Position numbers and translations under genes: made by a program. A stretch of DNA of 49,713 bases from a virus (Duplodnaviria; Heunggongvirae; Uroviricota; Caudoviricetes). Below are positions 37,397 to 47,380 of this stretch, one piece after another. Numbering within the stretch: the stretch's first letter is position 1; the number at the start of each line of letters is the position of its first letter. A model generated the notes under the pieces. It had not been told where the DNA came from and searched no databases. It saw only the letters and a list, made by a program, of their open reading frames with translations. Location of the stretch: the IMG/VR virus record IMGVR_UViG_2529292882_000007. The stretch is one strand, 5' to 3'.

Positions 37397-38245
37397 TTAA
37401 TGTTGGAGTGATTTCCAGGTCTTTCTTAGCCTGTTATAACGCTGCTCAACGAGGGAGCGTAAATATGCAAGGTCAGCACCAGGATACATGCCATCAGCAA
37501 ATTCCTGGCTAACCTCTCTAGTGATTTGATGACGAAGTTCGGCCTCTCCCTTTTCCTGAACAAGACGCGCAGCTCTCTCCGCTGCTTTCTGTTTTGCCTT
37601 TATCTCTCTGGCCGTCTTCCTCTGACGCCATACATTCTCCATCTGCTCCTGAATAACAATACGCTTATAATCAGCCTCCGTTATCGCTTTTTTAAGCCGT
37701 TCGCTATTCTTCGCATTGAAGTAATTAAGTTTCTGGCTAACCGCACGTCTCCATGCTTGTTCAGTAATACCAACTGTTTCCAGCAGTTGATCACGAATCT
37801 CGATTTTCGCTGGCCAATACTGTTTATTCACCCGATCCCAGCGACGTTCATAATCAATAAAACCTAACTCTTTCAGTTGCGACAACGCCCTTGTACAGCG
37901 CGTTATAGACTTGTTCCCAGCTTCGGATACGGTAGACAGGCCGCAAAAATCAGCCAACGCCTCAGCACTGGCCAGAACCCGCTTAGAAATGATGTTTACA
38001 TGGTGCAAAATCGCAGCAATCACAGCATTAATCGCCCGACGACGATGCTCGTTTATCCGGCGTTTCCGCTCTGACGGTTGATTAACGTAGAACGCAACCT
38101 CACACGTAAGATCACGACCATTAATGCGCTGTAAAGCATCAGATAACACCAGCGGCAGCTTGTGCGTATGGTGCTTTGGAGGCTGGAACTCCGGCGACAA
38201 ATTACAAACGTAAGCTGAACGTAGAGACGGCATTGGTCTATCCAT
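37397..38245 (-). CDS. repA: Replication initiator RepA, IncFII RepA1-like (ORF track extends to alternative start 38389)
   Basis: Segment RRRAINAVIA...GNKSITRCTRALSQLKELGFIDYE resembles IncFII RepA1 RRRAIDALLQ...GKLSITRATRALTFLSELGLITYQ. Confidence 0.7.
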   Translation of the reverse strand: MDRPMPSLRSAYVCNLSPEFQPPKHHTHKLPLVLSDALQRINGRDLTCEVAFYVNQPSERKRRINEHRRRAINAVIAAILHHVNIISKRVLASAEALADFCGLSTVSEAGNKSITRCTRALSQLKELGFIDYERRWDRVNKQYWPAKIEIRDQLLETVGITEQAWRRAVSQKLNYFNAKNSERLKKAITEADYKRIVIQEQMENVWRQRKTAREIKAKQKAAERAARLVQEKGEAELRHQITREVSQEFADGMYPGADLAYLRSLVEQRYNRLRKTWKSLQH

Positions 38246-38289
38246 ATGTTCGCTCTTGCGTCCACGGAAAACCAACGTATAATGGGAGT

Positions 38290-38372
38290 TGTCGAGGCGC
38301 CCATGGTTAGTTGTTGGTTTTCCTTTCCGTGGATGTCGCAAGAAGCCCGCAGATTTATCTGCGGGCTTTTTG
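38290..38372 (+). ncRNA. Predicted CopA-like antisense RNA complementary to the repA leader
   Basis: Promoter -35 TTGCGT 38256..38261, 16-nt spacer, -10 TATAAT 38278..38283; terminator hairpin 38343..38371 with T-run. Confidence 0.5.
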
Positions 38373-38415
38373 TTTCCATATCTGGTCACTTTTCAACCAG
38401 ACACCCACAATCATA

Positions 38416-38430
38416 ACCACGTTACGTGGT
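38416..38430. promoter_or_regulatory. ACCACgttacGTGGT operator-like palindrome in repA upstream region
   Basis: Matches operator consensus seen at the CI/Cro intergenic region. Confidence 0.4.
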
Positions 38431-38560
38431 TTTAAGAGAACTCTACCACAACACTTTCGGTCATGCACGAAGTCTCTCACTGATCGAACGATAATCCACC
38501 AGTAAAAGGATCTAAATTGGATCTCGTTTTGCGAGCATCATACTACTGGCCTAACTCCAG

Positions 38561-39115
38561 TCAATGATTCCCAGCCGGAAACCTGCGGTAAAGCGTGGAT
38601 AAGGTAACATCGAAGATAATCGCTATCCGCTTACGTGAAACACCATTCGCAATAAGCCTTCCGATCTGTTCCCATTGCTCTGGTGCCAGTTTTGAGCGGC
38701 GTCCTCCTATCCTGCCGTTAGCCCTTGCCACCGCCAATCCTGCACGCGTTCTTTCAATCATATTTTCCCGCTCCATCTCTGCGACTGCACTCAGCATCGT
38801 GTAGGCAAAGCGGCCAATTGAAGTGCTAATTTTTATCCCTTCCGTAATCGAAATAAACTCAATGTTGTTTGATAAAAAATGGTTAAGTAAATCAACAAGA
38901 TGAATCAGAGAACGCCCCATTCGGTCCAGCTTCCAGACAATAACCGTATCGCCCGGTCGTAACACCTTCAGTAGCTTATCAAGTCCTGGTCGTTTTGATT
39001 TAGCACCGGATATTTTATCTTCAAAAATCCGGTCACATCCTGAACTCCTGAGCGCCTCCAGTTGTAATTCCAAATTCTGGTCAAAAGTTGACACCCTCGC
39101 ATAACCATATTGCAT
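38561..39115 (-). CDS. Serine DNA invertase (Hin/Gin/Cin/Pin family)
   Basis: N-terminal YARVSTFDQ catalytic motif; VWKLDRMGRS; C-terminal HTH; adjacent to invertible segment. Confidence 0.9.
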   Translation of the reverse strand: MQYGYARVSTFDQNLELQLEALRSSGCDRIFEDKISGAKSKRPGLDKLLKVLRPGDTVIVWKLDRMGRSLIHLVDLLNHFLSNNIEFISITEGIKISTSIGRFAYTMLSAVAEMERENMIERTRAGLAVARANGRIGGRRSKLAPEQWEQIGRLIANGVSRKRIAIIFDVTLSTLYRRFPAGNH

Positions 39116-39179
39116 ACTTTCTAAACCGCGATTGTTGCTAAAAGCGGGAAAAAATATCGTTCAGACGACACAGAGGCAA

Positions 39180-39205
39180 TTCGCAAAAACCTCGGTTTAC
39201 GAGAA
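39180..39205. repeat. gix/hix-like crossover site (proximal)
   Basis: TTCGCAAAAACCTCGGTTTACGAGAA; inverted relative to 41876..41901, shared core AAACCGAGGT. Confidence 0.7.
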
Positions 39206-39901
39206 CTCGGCACAAGCGGGGAAAAAATACCGTTACTCAGTACGGCGAATACCTGGACCAATCGACAAACATTCAGTGGTGGCCTTTCTGGGGAACTGTC
39301 CGGCAATGCCGCTACTGCAACAAAGCTGAAAACAGCACGAAAAATTGCTGGAGTTGGTTTTGATGGTTCTAGCGATATTTCAATTAGTGCCAAAAATGTC
39401 AATGCATTTGCACTCCGACAAACAGGTAATACTGTTAATGGTGATACATCCGTTGGATGGAATTGGGATAGTGGTGCATATAACGCCCTAATTGGTGGTG
39501 CATCTGCATTAATTCTTCACTTTAATATAAATGCTGGTAGCTGTCCTGCCGTACAATTCCGTGTGAATTATAAAAATGGTGGCATTTCCTACAGGTCGGC
39601 TCGTGATGGTTATGGGTTTGAATTAGGTTGGTCAGATTTCTATACCACGACACGAAAACCTTCAGCGGGAGATGTTGGTGCATATACTCAGGCAGAATGT
39701 AACTCAAGGTTTATTACAGGTATTCGCCTTGGCGGTCTGTCATCTGTTCAGACATGGAATGGCCCCGGCTGGTCTGACAGGTCAGGTTATGTCGTTACGG
39801 GTTCAGTTAACGGGAACCGTGACGAATTAATTGATACAACTCAGGCAAGGCCAATTCAGTATTGCATTAATGGGACTTGGTATAACGCGGGAAGTATTTA
39901 A
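39206..39901 (+). CDS. Alternative tail-fibre C-terminal segment, promoterless in this orientation
   Basis: Open frame from the crossover site; fibre-like NAATATKL motif; ends in NGTWYNAGSI like active fibre NGTWYNVAQV. Confidence 0.6.
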   Translation, partial: LGTSGEKIPLLSTANTWTNRQTFSGGLSGELSGNAATATKLKTARKIAGVGFDGSSDISISAKNVNAFALRQTGNTVNGDTSVGWNWDSGAYNALIGGASALILHFNINAGSCPAVQFRVNYKNGGISYRSARDGYGFELGWSDFYTTTRKPSAGDVGAYTQAECNSRFITGIRLGGLSSVQTWNGPGWSDRSGYVVTGSVNGNRDELIDTTQARPIQYCINGTWYNAGSI

Positions 39902-39903
39902 TT

Positions 39904-40437
39904 ATGATGCACTTAAAAAACATTACCGCTGGTAATCCTAAAACAGTGGAGCAGTACCAGCTAACAAAGCAATTTAACATTAAGTGGCTTTATTCAGATG
40001 ATGGAAAAAACTGGTATGAGGAACAAAAGAATTTCCAGCCAGACACTTTGAAAATGGTCTATGACCATAACGGCGTTATTATTTGCATTGAAAAGGATGT
40101 TTCAGCAATTAATCCAGAGGGGGCAAGCGTCGTTGAATTACCTGATATTACAGCAAATCGCCGGGCTGATATTTCGGGTAAATGGATGTTCAAAGATGGC
40201 GTAGTGATAAAGCGAACTTACACCGAGGAAGAGCAGAGGCAACAAGCGGAAAATGAAAAGCAAAGCCTGTTGCAACTTGTCAGGGATAAAACCCAGCTAT
40301 GGGACTCACAGCTACGGCTGGGCATCATTTCCGACGAGAATAAACAAAAATTAACCGAGTGGATGCTCTACGCGCAGAAAGTCGAATCCACAGACACCTC
40401 CAGCCTGCCAGTAACGTTTCCCGAACAACCAGAATGA
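39904..40437 (+). CDS. Tail fibre assembly chaperone (alternative copy)
   Basis: 177 aa, about 65 percent identical to 40466..40993 product. Confidence 0.75.
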   Translation: MMHLKNITAGNPKTVEQYQLTKQFNIKWLYSDDGKNWYEEQKNFQPDTLKMVYDHNGVIICIEKDVSAINPEGASVVELPDITANRRADISGKWMFKDGVVIKRTYTEEEQRQQAENEKQSLLQLVRDKTQLWDSQLRLGIISDENKQKLTEWMLYAQKVESTDTSSLPVTFPEQPE

Positions 40438-40465
40438 GAGAAGGCCCGCTATCGGGCCTTAATTT

Positions 40466-40993
40466 TTACTCTGGTTTTTGTGGCCATTCTGGCTTTGCCG
40501 TATCCACGCGGCTGACCAGAACGCTGTAGCGTTCCCATGACTCCAGTCGTGTACGCTCCTCATCTGTTGCCATATTCAATCTGACAGCGCGTTCCAGTGG
40601 CTGGATAACTGATTCAGCTTCGGAAAGTAACGCGGACTTTTGTGATTCAGCCTGTTGTTGCTGTTCGTCTTCCGTATAAATCCGTTTAACCACAGCTCCA
40701 TCCTTAAACATCCACTTCCCTGAATCATCGGCACGACGATTAGCTGTTATATCGGGAACCTCAACGACGCTAAAACCTTCAGGATTAAGCGTGGAGGCAT
40801 CTTTAGTGATGGCGACAATAATATTATTTTCGTCGTAAACAATCTTTATTGTGTCTTCCTGAAAATTATTTACTTCCTCATACCAGTTTTTATCATCTTC
40901 GGACCATAACCATATAACATCAAAATTCTTTGTTAGCTGATATTGTTCTTTTGTTTTTGGATTTCCTGATCTGATATTTTTTAAATGCTGCAT
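40466..40993 (-). CDS. Tail fibre assembly chaperone (active orientation)
   Basis: 175 aa immediately downstream of tail fibre gene. Confidence 0.75.
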   Translation of the reverse strand: MQHLKNIRSGNPKTKEQYQLTKNFDVIWLWSEDDKNWYEEVNNFQEDTIKIVYDENNIIVAITKDASTLNPEGFSVVEVPDITANRRADDSGKWMFKDGAVVKRIYTEDEQQQQAESQKSALLSEAESVIQPLERAVRLNMATDEERTRLESWERYSVLVSRVDTAKPEWPQKPE

Positions 40994-40996
40994 AAT

Positions 40997-43249
40997 TTAT
41001 ACCTGTGCGACGTTATACCATGTGCCATTGATGTATTTCTGAATTGGTCTGAAAATAGCTTCATCATCGCCATCAACTTCACCAATAATTCTTAATCCGG
41101 TAAGTGCGTGTCCGGCAATCTCATAACGCCCGCCGCGTGACATTAATTGAACAACTCGCGTACCAAGCCGGACATCTCCCACATAGCGAGAGTCAAAATT
41201 GCTGTAATTGGATGGGATAACCTGTCCGTGCACATTCAGACCGTGCCCCATAGTAACAAGACCAGTATTAAGCGCGATATAGAATGGACGAAGACCATTC
41301 CAGCTACCGTACTGGTCACCACTGGCAGTAAATAACAGATACAAGCTGCCACCATCCTGTCGCAGAATTGCACCATAATTTCCTGCAATCATCCTTAAAG
41401 CATTCTGTGATGTAGTTATCAGTTCCCCAGTCATGGTATCGCCAGCACGATTCCAGTCGCGACGCCAGCCAGGCGCGTAGGTGTCACCATGATTAATATA
41501 AGTAAATTGCGCTTTTGCTGTACCGTTCGTTGCAGTTGTTGGAGTAGTGACGCGAATAGTCATTGCGCTCTTGGTGCCCATCACTTCAACCACCGAGCCA
41601 GCAAGTTGAATATTCCCGCAACCTGTATCTGTAATAATTTTATTATTGGCGTAAGACCATGAACCTTTGCACATCCAGTATGGGTGATTAAATGCCCCCT
41701 GAGACTCCAGCCACGCAATAAACTGTGCTGTCGTCCAGTTGCTGCTATCTCCTCCAATATTGATACTTCCGCTGGCCGCTTTCGCTGCACCAATATTTTT
41801 TGTGAAAGTATCTTTCCCTGGAATATCCGCACCGTTCTGGTTTTTCTGCAATGCACCAGAAGCCTTGTTTATCGTTTCCTGCAAACCGAGGTATCCGATA
41901 ACGGCAGCAACGGTCGATTTCGCAAGAATATCCCGCCCGACTTTTGTCAGGGTTGCCAGGCTGGCGACATCATTCCCCGTAAAATACGGAAACTTGTCTG
42001 CCGCAGTAGCAAGCCCGGCCAGCGCCGTCAGGGTGGCATCTTTCGGTTGCTTACCCGCAAGCGCGTTAGTCATGGTGGTCGCAAAATTCGGGTCGTTTCC
42101 CAGCGCCGCCGCTAACTCGTTCAGCGTATTCAGTGCGTCAGGCGACGAGTCCACGAGGGCAGCGATCGCAGCCATAACATAAGCCGTGCTTGCGATCTGA
42201 GTATTGTTAGTACCTTTTGGCGCAGTTGGTGTTGTTGGTGTTCCGGTCAGCGCCGGACTGTTCAGGGGCGCTTTCTTGTTCGTTTCATCCATTACCACCT
42301 TTACAGCTTTCGATGTCGCGGCCAGTGTTTCAGACGTGCTGTTGGTGGCACTACTGAGCTGAGTTATTCCCCTTACAGTCAGTGAAGCTACAGGCACATT
42401 TGTTATCTGCGCCCACGAATGCGTGTGATTGGACGGAGCCTTTCCGGCCGCAAGATCATACGCTGCCTTAACAGCCTTTGGTGTTGCTGCCAGCGTTTCA
42501 GACGTGCTGTTGGTGGCACTACTGAGCTGAACAATCCCTTTTCGCGCTGTGGTAGCGTCCTGTGCGGTGTATTTAGCGTTAGCCAGGTCATATGCTGCCT
42601 TAACAGCCTTAGGCGTCGCAGCAAGCGTTTCAGACGTGCTATTGGTGGCGCTGCTAAGTTGAACAAAGCCTTTTGAGGTTAAAGTTGCATCAGGATGATT
42701 ACGTGATTGCTCATGTTTCACAATGGCTTGCTTAAGCCGCTTTGCTGAAACAGCAAGGGAATCATCTGTACCTGCATCAATTTCTTGTTCATTAGCAAAT
42801 CTTGCCACCCCAACAACAGTTTCGGTCGCGGGAGGATTAATAAACTCAATATCACCAAATGTAATATTTTTAGTATCAAGAGTTTTAATTGCTATATCAC
42901 TTGATATTAAAGCGATAGTAGATGATGCTTTATTTATTATTGCTTGTTCTTGTGAGTATACAGCAAACAACGTACCCTTATTCGTATACAATCCTATTGT
43001 ATGGACAACATACTCATCTTTACTATCATCCTTCGCTGTCACATGAATTGTATCAGGGGAAACAACTTTGCCACCTATTGTGGTAAGTCGTTTTATTTCG
43101 TTTGTTATATTTGTTTGTGAAGTTGACGTGACATAATATCTACTACCTAAACCAACAGAAACAATCTCAACTTTATTTGTTCCTGTTTTGTTGGCATTAA
43201 CCAGCTCCTGACGCCCGGCGTCAGTCATCGTAAATAATAATTTACTCAC
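40997..43249 (-). CDS. Tail fibre protein
   Basis: 750 aa; three tandem QLSSATNSTSETLAATPKAVKAAYDLA repeats; crossover site inside gene at 41876..41901. Confidence 0.8.
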   Translation of the reverse strand: MSKLLFTMTDAGRQELVNANKTGTNKVEIVSVGLGSRYYVTSTSQTNITNEIKRLTTIGGKVVSPDTIHVTAKDDSKDEYVVHTIGLYTNKGTLFAVYSQEQAIINKASSTIALISSDIAIKTLDTKNITFGDIEFINPPATETVVGVARFANEQEIDAGTDDSLAVSAKRLKQAIVKHEQSRNHPDATLTSKGFVQLSSATNSTSETLAATPKAVKAAYDLANAKYTAQDATTARKGIVQLSSATNSTSETLAATPKAVKAAYDLAAGKAPSNHTHSWAQITNVPVASLTVRGITQLSSATNSTSETLAATSKAVKVVMDETNKKAPLNSPALTGTPTTPTAPKGTNNTQIASTAYVMAAIAALVDSSPDALNTLNELAAALGNDPNFATTMTNALAGKQPKDATLTALAGLATAADKFPYFTGNDVASLATLTKVGRDILAKSTVAAVIGYLGLQETINKASGALQKNQNGADIPGKDTFTKNIGAAKAASGSINIGGDSSNWTTAQFIAWLESQGAFNHPYWMCKGSWSYANNKIITDTGCGNIQLAGSVVEVMGTKSAMTIRVTTPTTATNGTAKAQFTYINHGDTYAPGWRRDWNRAGDTMTGELITTSQNALRMIAGNYGAILRQDGGSLYLLFTASGDQYGSWNGLRPFYIALNTGLVTMGHGLNVHGQVIPSNYSNFDSRYVGDVRLGTRVVQLMSRGGRYEIAGHALTGLRIIGEVDGDDEAIFRPIQKYINGTWYNVAQV
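41876..41901. repeat. gix/hix-like crossover site (distal, inside tail fibre gene)
   Basis: TTCCTGCAAACCGAGGTATCCGATAA encoding fibre residues ...GYLGLQE... Confidence 0.7.
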
Positions 43250-43279
43250 GCTTAATTCCTTGAATTAACAAATTGCGAA

Positions 43280-43861
43280 TTAGCACTCGCCAATTAATCG
43301 TACATAAGACACAGGCTGACAAGCACCAACAATACCGACACCACCAGAAACATTGGCTGCTTGCGAAAATGTAAATAATGTTCTTGCCGACTTTGCGCTC
43401 TTGATACTTCTTAACGTATCTTCCAACATCTCTTTCGAAGGAACGGCACCATCAAAAGAGTTAATCGAAGCAACAATTGAGGCTGTATATGGTTCGCCAG
43501 GTGGTGATGTTTCAAACCATTCTGTTATGTTTACCTCTCCACCCAAGCTATTTACTACATCTTCAACCGCTGCCCTTGTACCCTTTATTCGCTTTGTTCG
43601 TATTATTGATTTAAAAACAGAACGCTTTAACGATACAGGCCAACTATCCCTCCATGTATCAGCATTCCATTGCCAAGCTAAATGATCGAGAACAACTGAG
43701 TCCAGGTTATCAACAACGCTATATATTTCTGTCTTATATATTAAATTGTTAATTGCTTGTAGTTCATCATCGATAGCTTTCGACATAGCTATCACGTTGG
43801 GATCTCTAGCTAAGTTAGGAGGTAAAACATCCAACAAGCTAACATTAAAGATATCAGCCAT
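43280..43861 (-). CDS. Baseplate/tail protein I-like
   Basis: 193-aa ORF between baseplate J-like and tail fibre genes. Confidence 0.5.
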   Translation of the reverse strand: MADIFNVSLLDVLPPNLARDPNVIAMSKAIDDELQAINNLIYKTEIYSVVDNLDSVVLDHLAWQWNADTWRDSWPVSLKRSVFKSIIRTKRIKGTRAAVEDVVNSLGGEVNITEWFETSPPGEPYTASIVASINSFDGAVPSKEMLEDTLRSIKSAKSARTLFTFSQAANVSGGVGIVGACQPVSYVRLIGEC

Positions 43862-44978
43862 CCTCTAACCCCGCATACTGGCAATTTATATTTCTCTCTC
43901 TGGCGACCTGCGTCTCTCCAACCACAGTAAATACAGGACTTGATATTTCTAATCTTTTAGCCCCAGCATTTTTTAAACGTTGAATAATTTCATCTGGATT
44001 TATATCTCTTCCCATAACCGAACGTTGCCATTGTTTATACTCATCAATAGCTTTCTCAACCTCACTTTGAATTAAAGTTGTTCTGTTTTTGTCCGATGAG
44101 TTAATCCAGTATTTAATTATTATATCGTATTCAATGCTCTCTGGTTTCTTAACAAGAACTTTATCTGTGAATGGTCGAATATTAGTTGCAGAGAGAACGC
44201 TATTTATCTGCTCTAATAATTCATCAGAAGGTATATCTCCGTTCTCTAACAAAGAACGGATTTCTACAGTTCCGGGCGATGGTGTATATACATTCACATC
44301 TTTTATATTCTGATTGGCTGTTCTTGTCCAATATTTATAAGAATCCTCCGGCCCTGCTGTAGATAGTTTTTCCGGCGAAAGCTTTATTCTTTCAGCATAA
44401 TTATCATCTGACTCTGTATCAGCACCAGAATTAGATGTTGTTAGATTCCTTACGCTGGAAACATACGGCAACGGAGTCACCAACTCATTTATTTGCCCTG
44501 GTAAAAAGCCATTCCCCGATAAACCAGGTATAACAGCATATCCTGAGACTGTACCAACTGTTTTCCCAGCTGGTATTTCCAACAAAACATCTGTTTGGAA
44601 AATAACACTATTTCCAGTTGAAATTTGAGTGCCAGCAGGTATTGTATATATCCCCGATAATTTTGTTGACAGATTAAACTCAAATGTAGTCAAGGCAGAT
44701 TGAGCTTCCAGCCTAGGCGTATCCGTCAGATAGCCTATATGGTCGAGATATTCACCTTCACCATATGTAAGAAGGTTTTGTTTTGCAGAAAAATCGATAG
44801 CTTTTCTTTGCTGTATAATAATCTCACACAATGACAAGATGAATAATCTACGTGGATCAGCAGGTGCTAATGTTTCACCTGTTATACTCTCAAAAGCCCT
44901 GATTGAACGAGTTGTTATATCAGTCGGGTTAGAATCTGCGAAAGTAATATCTGGCAAACCACCGCGCGGCAACGTCAT
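43854..44978 (-). CDS. Baseplate J-like protein
   Basis: 374-aa ORF in conserved baseplate order. Confidence 0.55.
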   Translation of the reverse strand: MTLPRGGLPDITFADSNPTDITTRSIRAFESITGETLAPADPRRLFILSLCEIIIQQRKAIDFSAKQNLLTYGEGEYLDHIGYLTDTPRLEAQSALTTFEFNLSTKLSGIYTIPAGTQISTGNSVIFQTDVLLEIPAGKTVGTVSGYAVIPGLSGNGFLPGQINELVTPLPYVSSVRNLTTSNSGADTESDDNYAERIKLSPEKLSTAGPEDSYKYWTRTANQNIKDVNVYTPSPGTVEIRSLLENGDIPSDELLEQINSVLSATNIRPFTDKVLVKKPESIEYDIIIKYWINSSDKNRTTLIQSEVEKAIDEYKQWQRSVMGRDINPDEIIQRLKNAGAKRLEISSPVFTVVGETQVARERNINCQYAGLEDG

Positions 44979-45295
44979 TCTCTAACTCCTATCACAAGTT
45001 TTGGCCTAATAAAACCATCAGAAACGTCCGTTCTTTCAAAAGTAACAGAATGGATAATCGCTCTAGGCTCAAACTCACTAATTTTTTGAATTATTTCTCG
45101 TGTTGCTGTAGCAATAAAAATTGGGCTGGGGCTATCAACAAGACTTGAATTAACTCCTAATTTTCTGGCATATGGTACAGTGCCAATCTGAGTATTAATA
45201 ATAGTAGAGACATTTTGCAAAACTTCTTCTACAACTGTTTTGGGCGACCAATCAATCGAGTAAGAAGGTGATGATATGGTAAACGTATTATTCAT
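44975..45295 (-). CDS. Baseplate wedge protein (gp25/GPW-like)
   Basis: 106-aa ORF upstream of J-like gene. Confidence 0.5.
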   Translation of the reverse strand: MNNTFTISSPSYSIDWSPKTVVEEVLQNVSTIINTQIGTVPYARKLGVNSSLVDSPSPIFIATATREIIQKISEFEPRAIIHSVTFERTDVSDGFIRPKLVIGVRE

Positions 45296-45759
45296 AATAA
45301 TTTACCTAACGCACTTCTAGTTTTTGACTCTATATTGCCAGCAATATCAACTAATGCTTCTTTCAGAGAGGTCTGTCCGACTTCCTGTAATTTAATGCCG
45401 ACGATAATCACTCGTGGATTCCCAGTTGGACCGAAATAAGTCCATGATTCCTCTATATCTGTAATTATAAAATTACCAAAATACTGAATACCAATTACAA
45501 CAGGATTTACTTCCTGAATTGATTGCATTGTCCTAAGTAATGAAAGCGCAGCCAATGGAACAATGCCAAGTGTTGTATCCAACCGCATATTAAAACTAAC
45601 TTCATCCAGATCTGGACCTATATCCTCCAGAACAGGTTTAAGCCCAATAACATCATGGCGCGCTACACGACGCTTTGACGTCCTTTTAAAATTGTTGAAC
45701 GTATTCACCACTATTGATGAGGCAACAAAAGGCATTGTACCAAGCATACCCACAATCAT
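45292..45759 (-). CDS. Putative baseplate protein
   Basis: 155-aa ORF in baseplate cluster. Confidence 0.35.
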   Translation of the reverse strand: MIVGMLGTMPFVASSIVVNTFNNFKRTSKRRVARHDVIGLKPVLEDIGPDLDEVSFNMRLDTTLGIVPLAALSLLRTMQSIQEVNPVVIGIQYFGNFIITDIEESWTYFGPTGNPRVIIVGIKLQEVGQTSLKEALVDIAGNIESKTRSALGKLL

Positions 45760-46376
45760 GCCTGAGCCTCCGTTGTCGGAGCGTATTCCCCCTGAGCTGT
45801 GTGATGGTGGCCTTTAGATTTAATACCATCAACATCTATATCACCACCAACAACCTTAACATCCCCAGAAATTGTAGCTGCAACACCTCCAGCAGAAGAT
45901 CCTTTCATTCCACCTTTGAAGGTTAGTAATCCTTCAACTGTAGCATTTCCGGTAATGATGGTTTCTGGAGCATCAATAGTTACGGTTCCTGTAGCCTTAA
46001 CGGTTACATCTCCGACAGCATCAACAAGGAGTAAATTAGATTCTCTGTCTACCTCAATACGAGTTCCGTTATTAAATCTAATGACGCGTTTATTAACAGT
46101 ATTAGATGGCGGCTTCTGTGTTTCATCATAAAAACTACCAAGAATAAAACCTTGTTGCGGCCCTGCGGGATGAAAGATACACAAAACTTGCTCACCAATA
46201 TCTGGCATCCAGTAATCAGCATTCTTATCCGTATTTTTCACAATAACTGATAACTTTGCCGAAGTGACGTTATCCTGATCATCGAAAGTAACTCTTGCTG
46301 TAACATCACCATCATCAATATCAGAAACAACGCCAACTCTTATAGTCTGACGTAATAATGTTTCTAAATCATTCAT
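45756..46376 (-). CDS. Baseplate hub/spike protein (gpV-like)
   Basis: 206 aa; N-terminal GVVSDIDDGD...VLCIFHPAG resembles gpV. Confidence 0.55.
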   Translation of the reverse strand: MNDLETLLRQTIRVGVVSDIDDGDVTARVTFDDQDNVTSAKLSVIVKNTDKNADYWMPDIGEQVLCIFHPAGPQQGFILGSFYDETQKPPSNTVNKRVIRFNNGTRIEVDRESNLLLVDAVGDVTVKATGTVTIDAPETIITGNATVEGLLTFKGGMKGSSAGGVAATISGDVKVVGGDIDVDGIKSKGHHHTAQGEYAPTTEAQA

Positions 46377-46378
46377 AA

Positions 46379-47380
46379 TTAATACCCATTAATTACTCTT
46401 CGGACATCAATCGAGGTGGTATAACCACTAGCCCCAATTGAATGCACAGCTTTCGATATAAGATATTTTCCAGAAAATGAACCGAATCCGTCCAGATTTA
46501 TAGTTACACCAGCTACCAATCTAGTGTCTCCAACCAATACTAAAGATCCTGTATTTTGATATCTATTTTTAAGCCGCAAAGCAGCCTTTGCCTTACGTTT
46601 TGCTTCATCTAAATTAGCTACCAGTTTTCTTATCTTAAGATTCGACCCTTCTTCTACGGATGGATCTACCCAAGTATACGAAAGCGACTTTCTTTTTTTA
46701 GGTACGCGATATTTGCACGTGCAACTTTTATACAAATCTGTAGATTGTGTGCTAAAGCTATATCTGATTATCTCATCAATACCTAACGTAAGCGTAGCGA
46801 TAGGATCTTTTTGCTCAAACATCTCTTGAGCAAATATTATTAATTGGCTATCAGTGACCTTTAACGACACCCCTTCATCCTGGCAAAGTCGATGGAGAAA
46901 TTTTAAATCGCTTTCCTCCATTTGATCTTCACGCGCATAATATGGATTACTATCACCATCAATAAGAAACAACAGTTCAAGGTTAGCTAATTTAGCTATA
47001 GAGGTTGCTATATCTTTAAGAGTTGTTTTTTCCCATGCATTACTTTTTAAATCACGTCTAATGCCTGATGAAACAGGAACAGAAACAGCAGTCACCTCAA
47101 CAACAGAAGGTGGTCCAGAGCAAGTTATGCCATCTACCTGGAATTTCCCGCACTCAAGGACGATTTGATTTATAGGCTTAAAGCTCAAATCAATAAAATC
47201 ACCCTTTTTAGGTGTCCAGTCTCCAGACCATTTCCCATCATCATTTTTTAATATAATAGAAATATCATCGACCTGACCATCTTCATTATCTGTATAAGAC
47301 ATTGACAAAACATCAGGTGACATATGAGCGGTAACATTTACATTCTGATATATAACATCAAAAAGCGTTTTACGTAACAC
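46379..47380 (-). CDS. Tail protein (P2 gpD / Mu gpP-like)
   Basis: 333-aa ORF downstream of tape measure and LysM protein. Confidence 0.5.
   Translation of the reverse strand: MLRKTLFDVIYQNVNVTAHMSPDVLSMSYTDNEDGQVDDISIILKNDDGKWSGDWTPKKGDFIDLSFKPINQIVLECGKFQVDGITCSGPPSVVEVTAVSVPVSSGIRRDLKSNAWEKTTLKDIATSIAKLANLELLFLIDGDSNPYYAREDQMEESDLKFLHRLCQDEGVSLKVTDSQLIIFAQEMFEQKDPIATLTLGIDEIIRYSFSTQSTDLYKSCTCKYRVPKKRKSLSYTWVDPSVEEGSNLKIRKLVANLDEAKRKAKAALRLKNRYQNTGSLVLVGDTRLVAGVTINLDGFGSFSGKYLISKAVHSIGASGYTTSIDVRRVINGY

Larger units (their letters stand above)
39180..41901. other. Invertible tail-fibre segment (G/C-segment-like)
   Basis: Bounded by inverted 26-bp sites; contains two oppositely oriented sets of fibre C-terminus plus chaperone. 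Confidence 0.7.

Noticed and set aside
38053-38379. Minus-strand ORF of 108 aa
   Set aside because: Alternative frame inside the repA leader and 5' region; the other frame carries IncFII RepA similarity.
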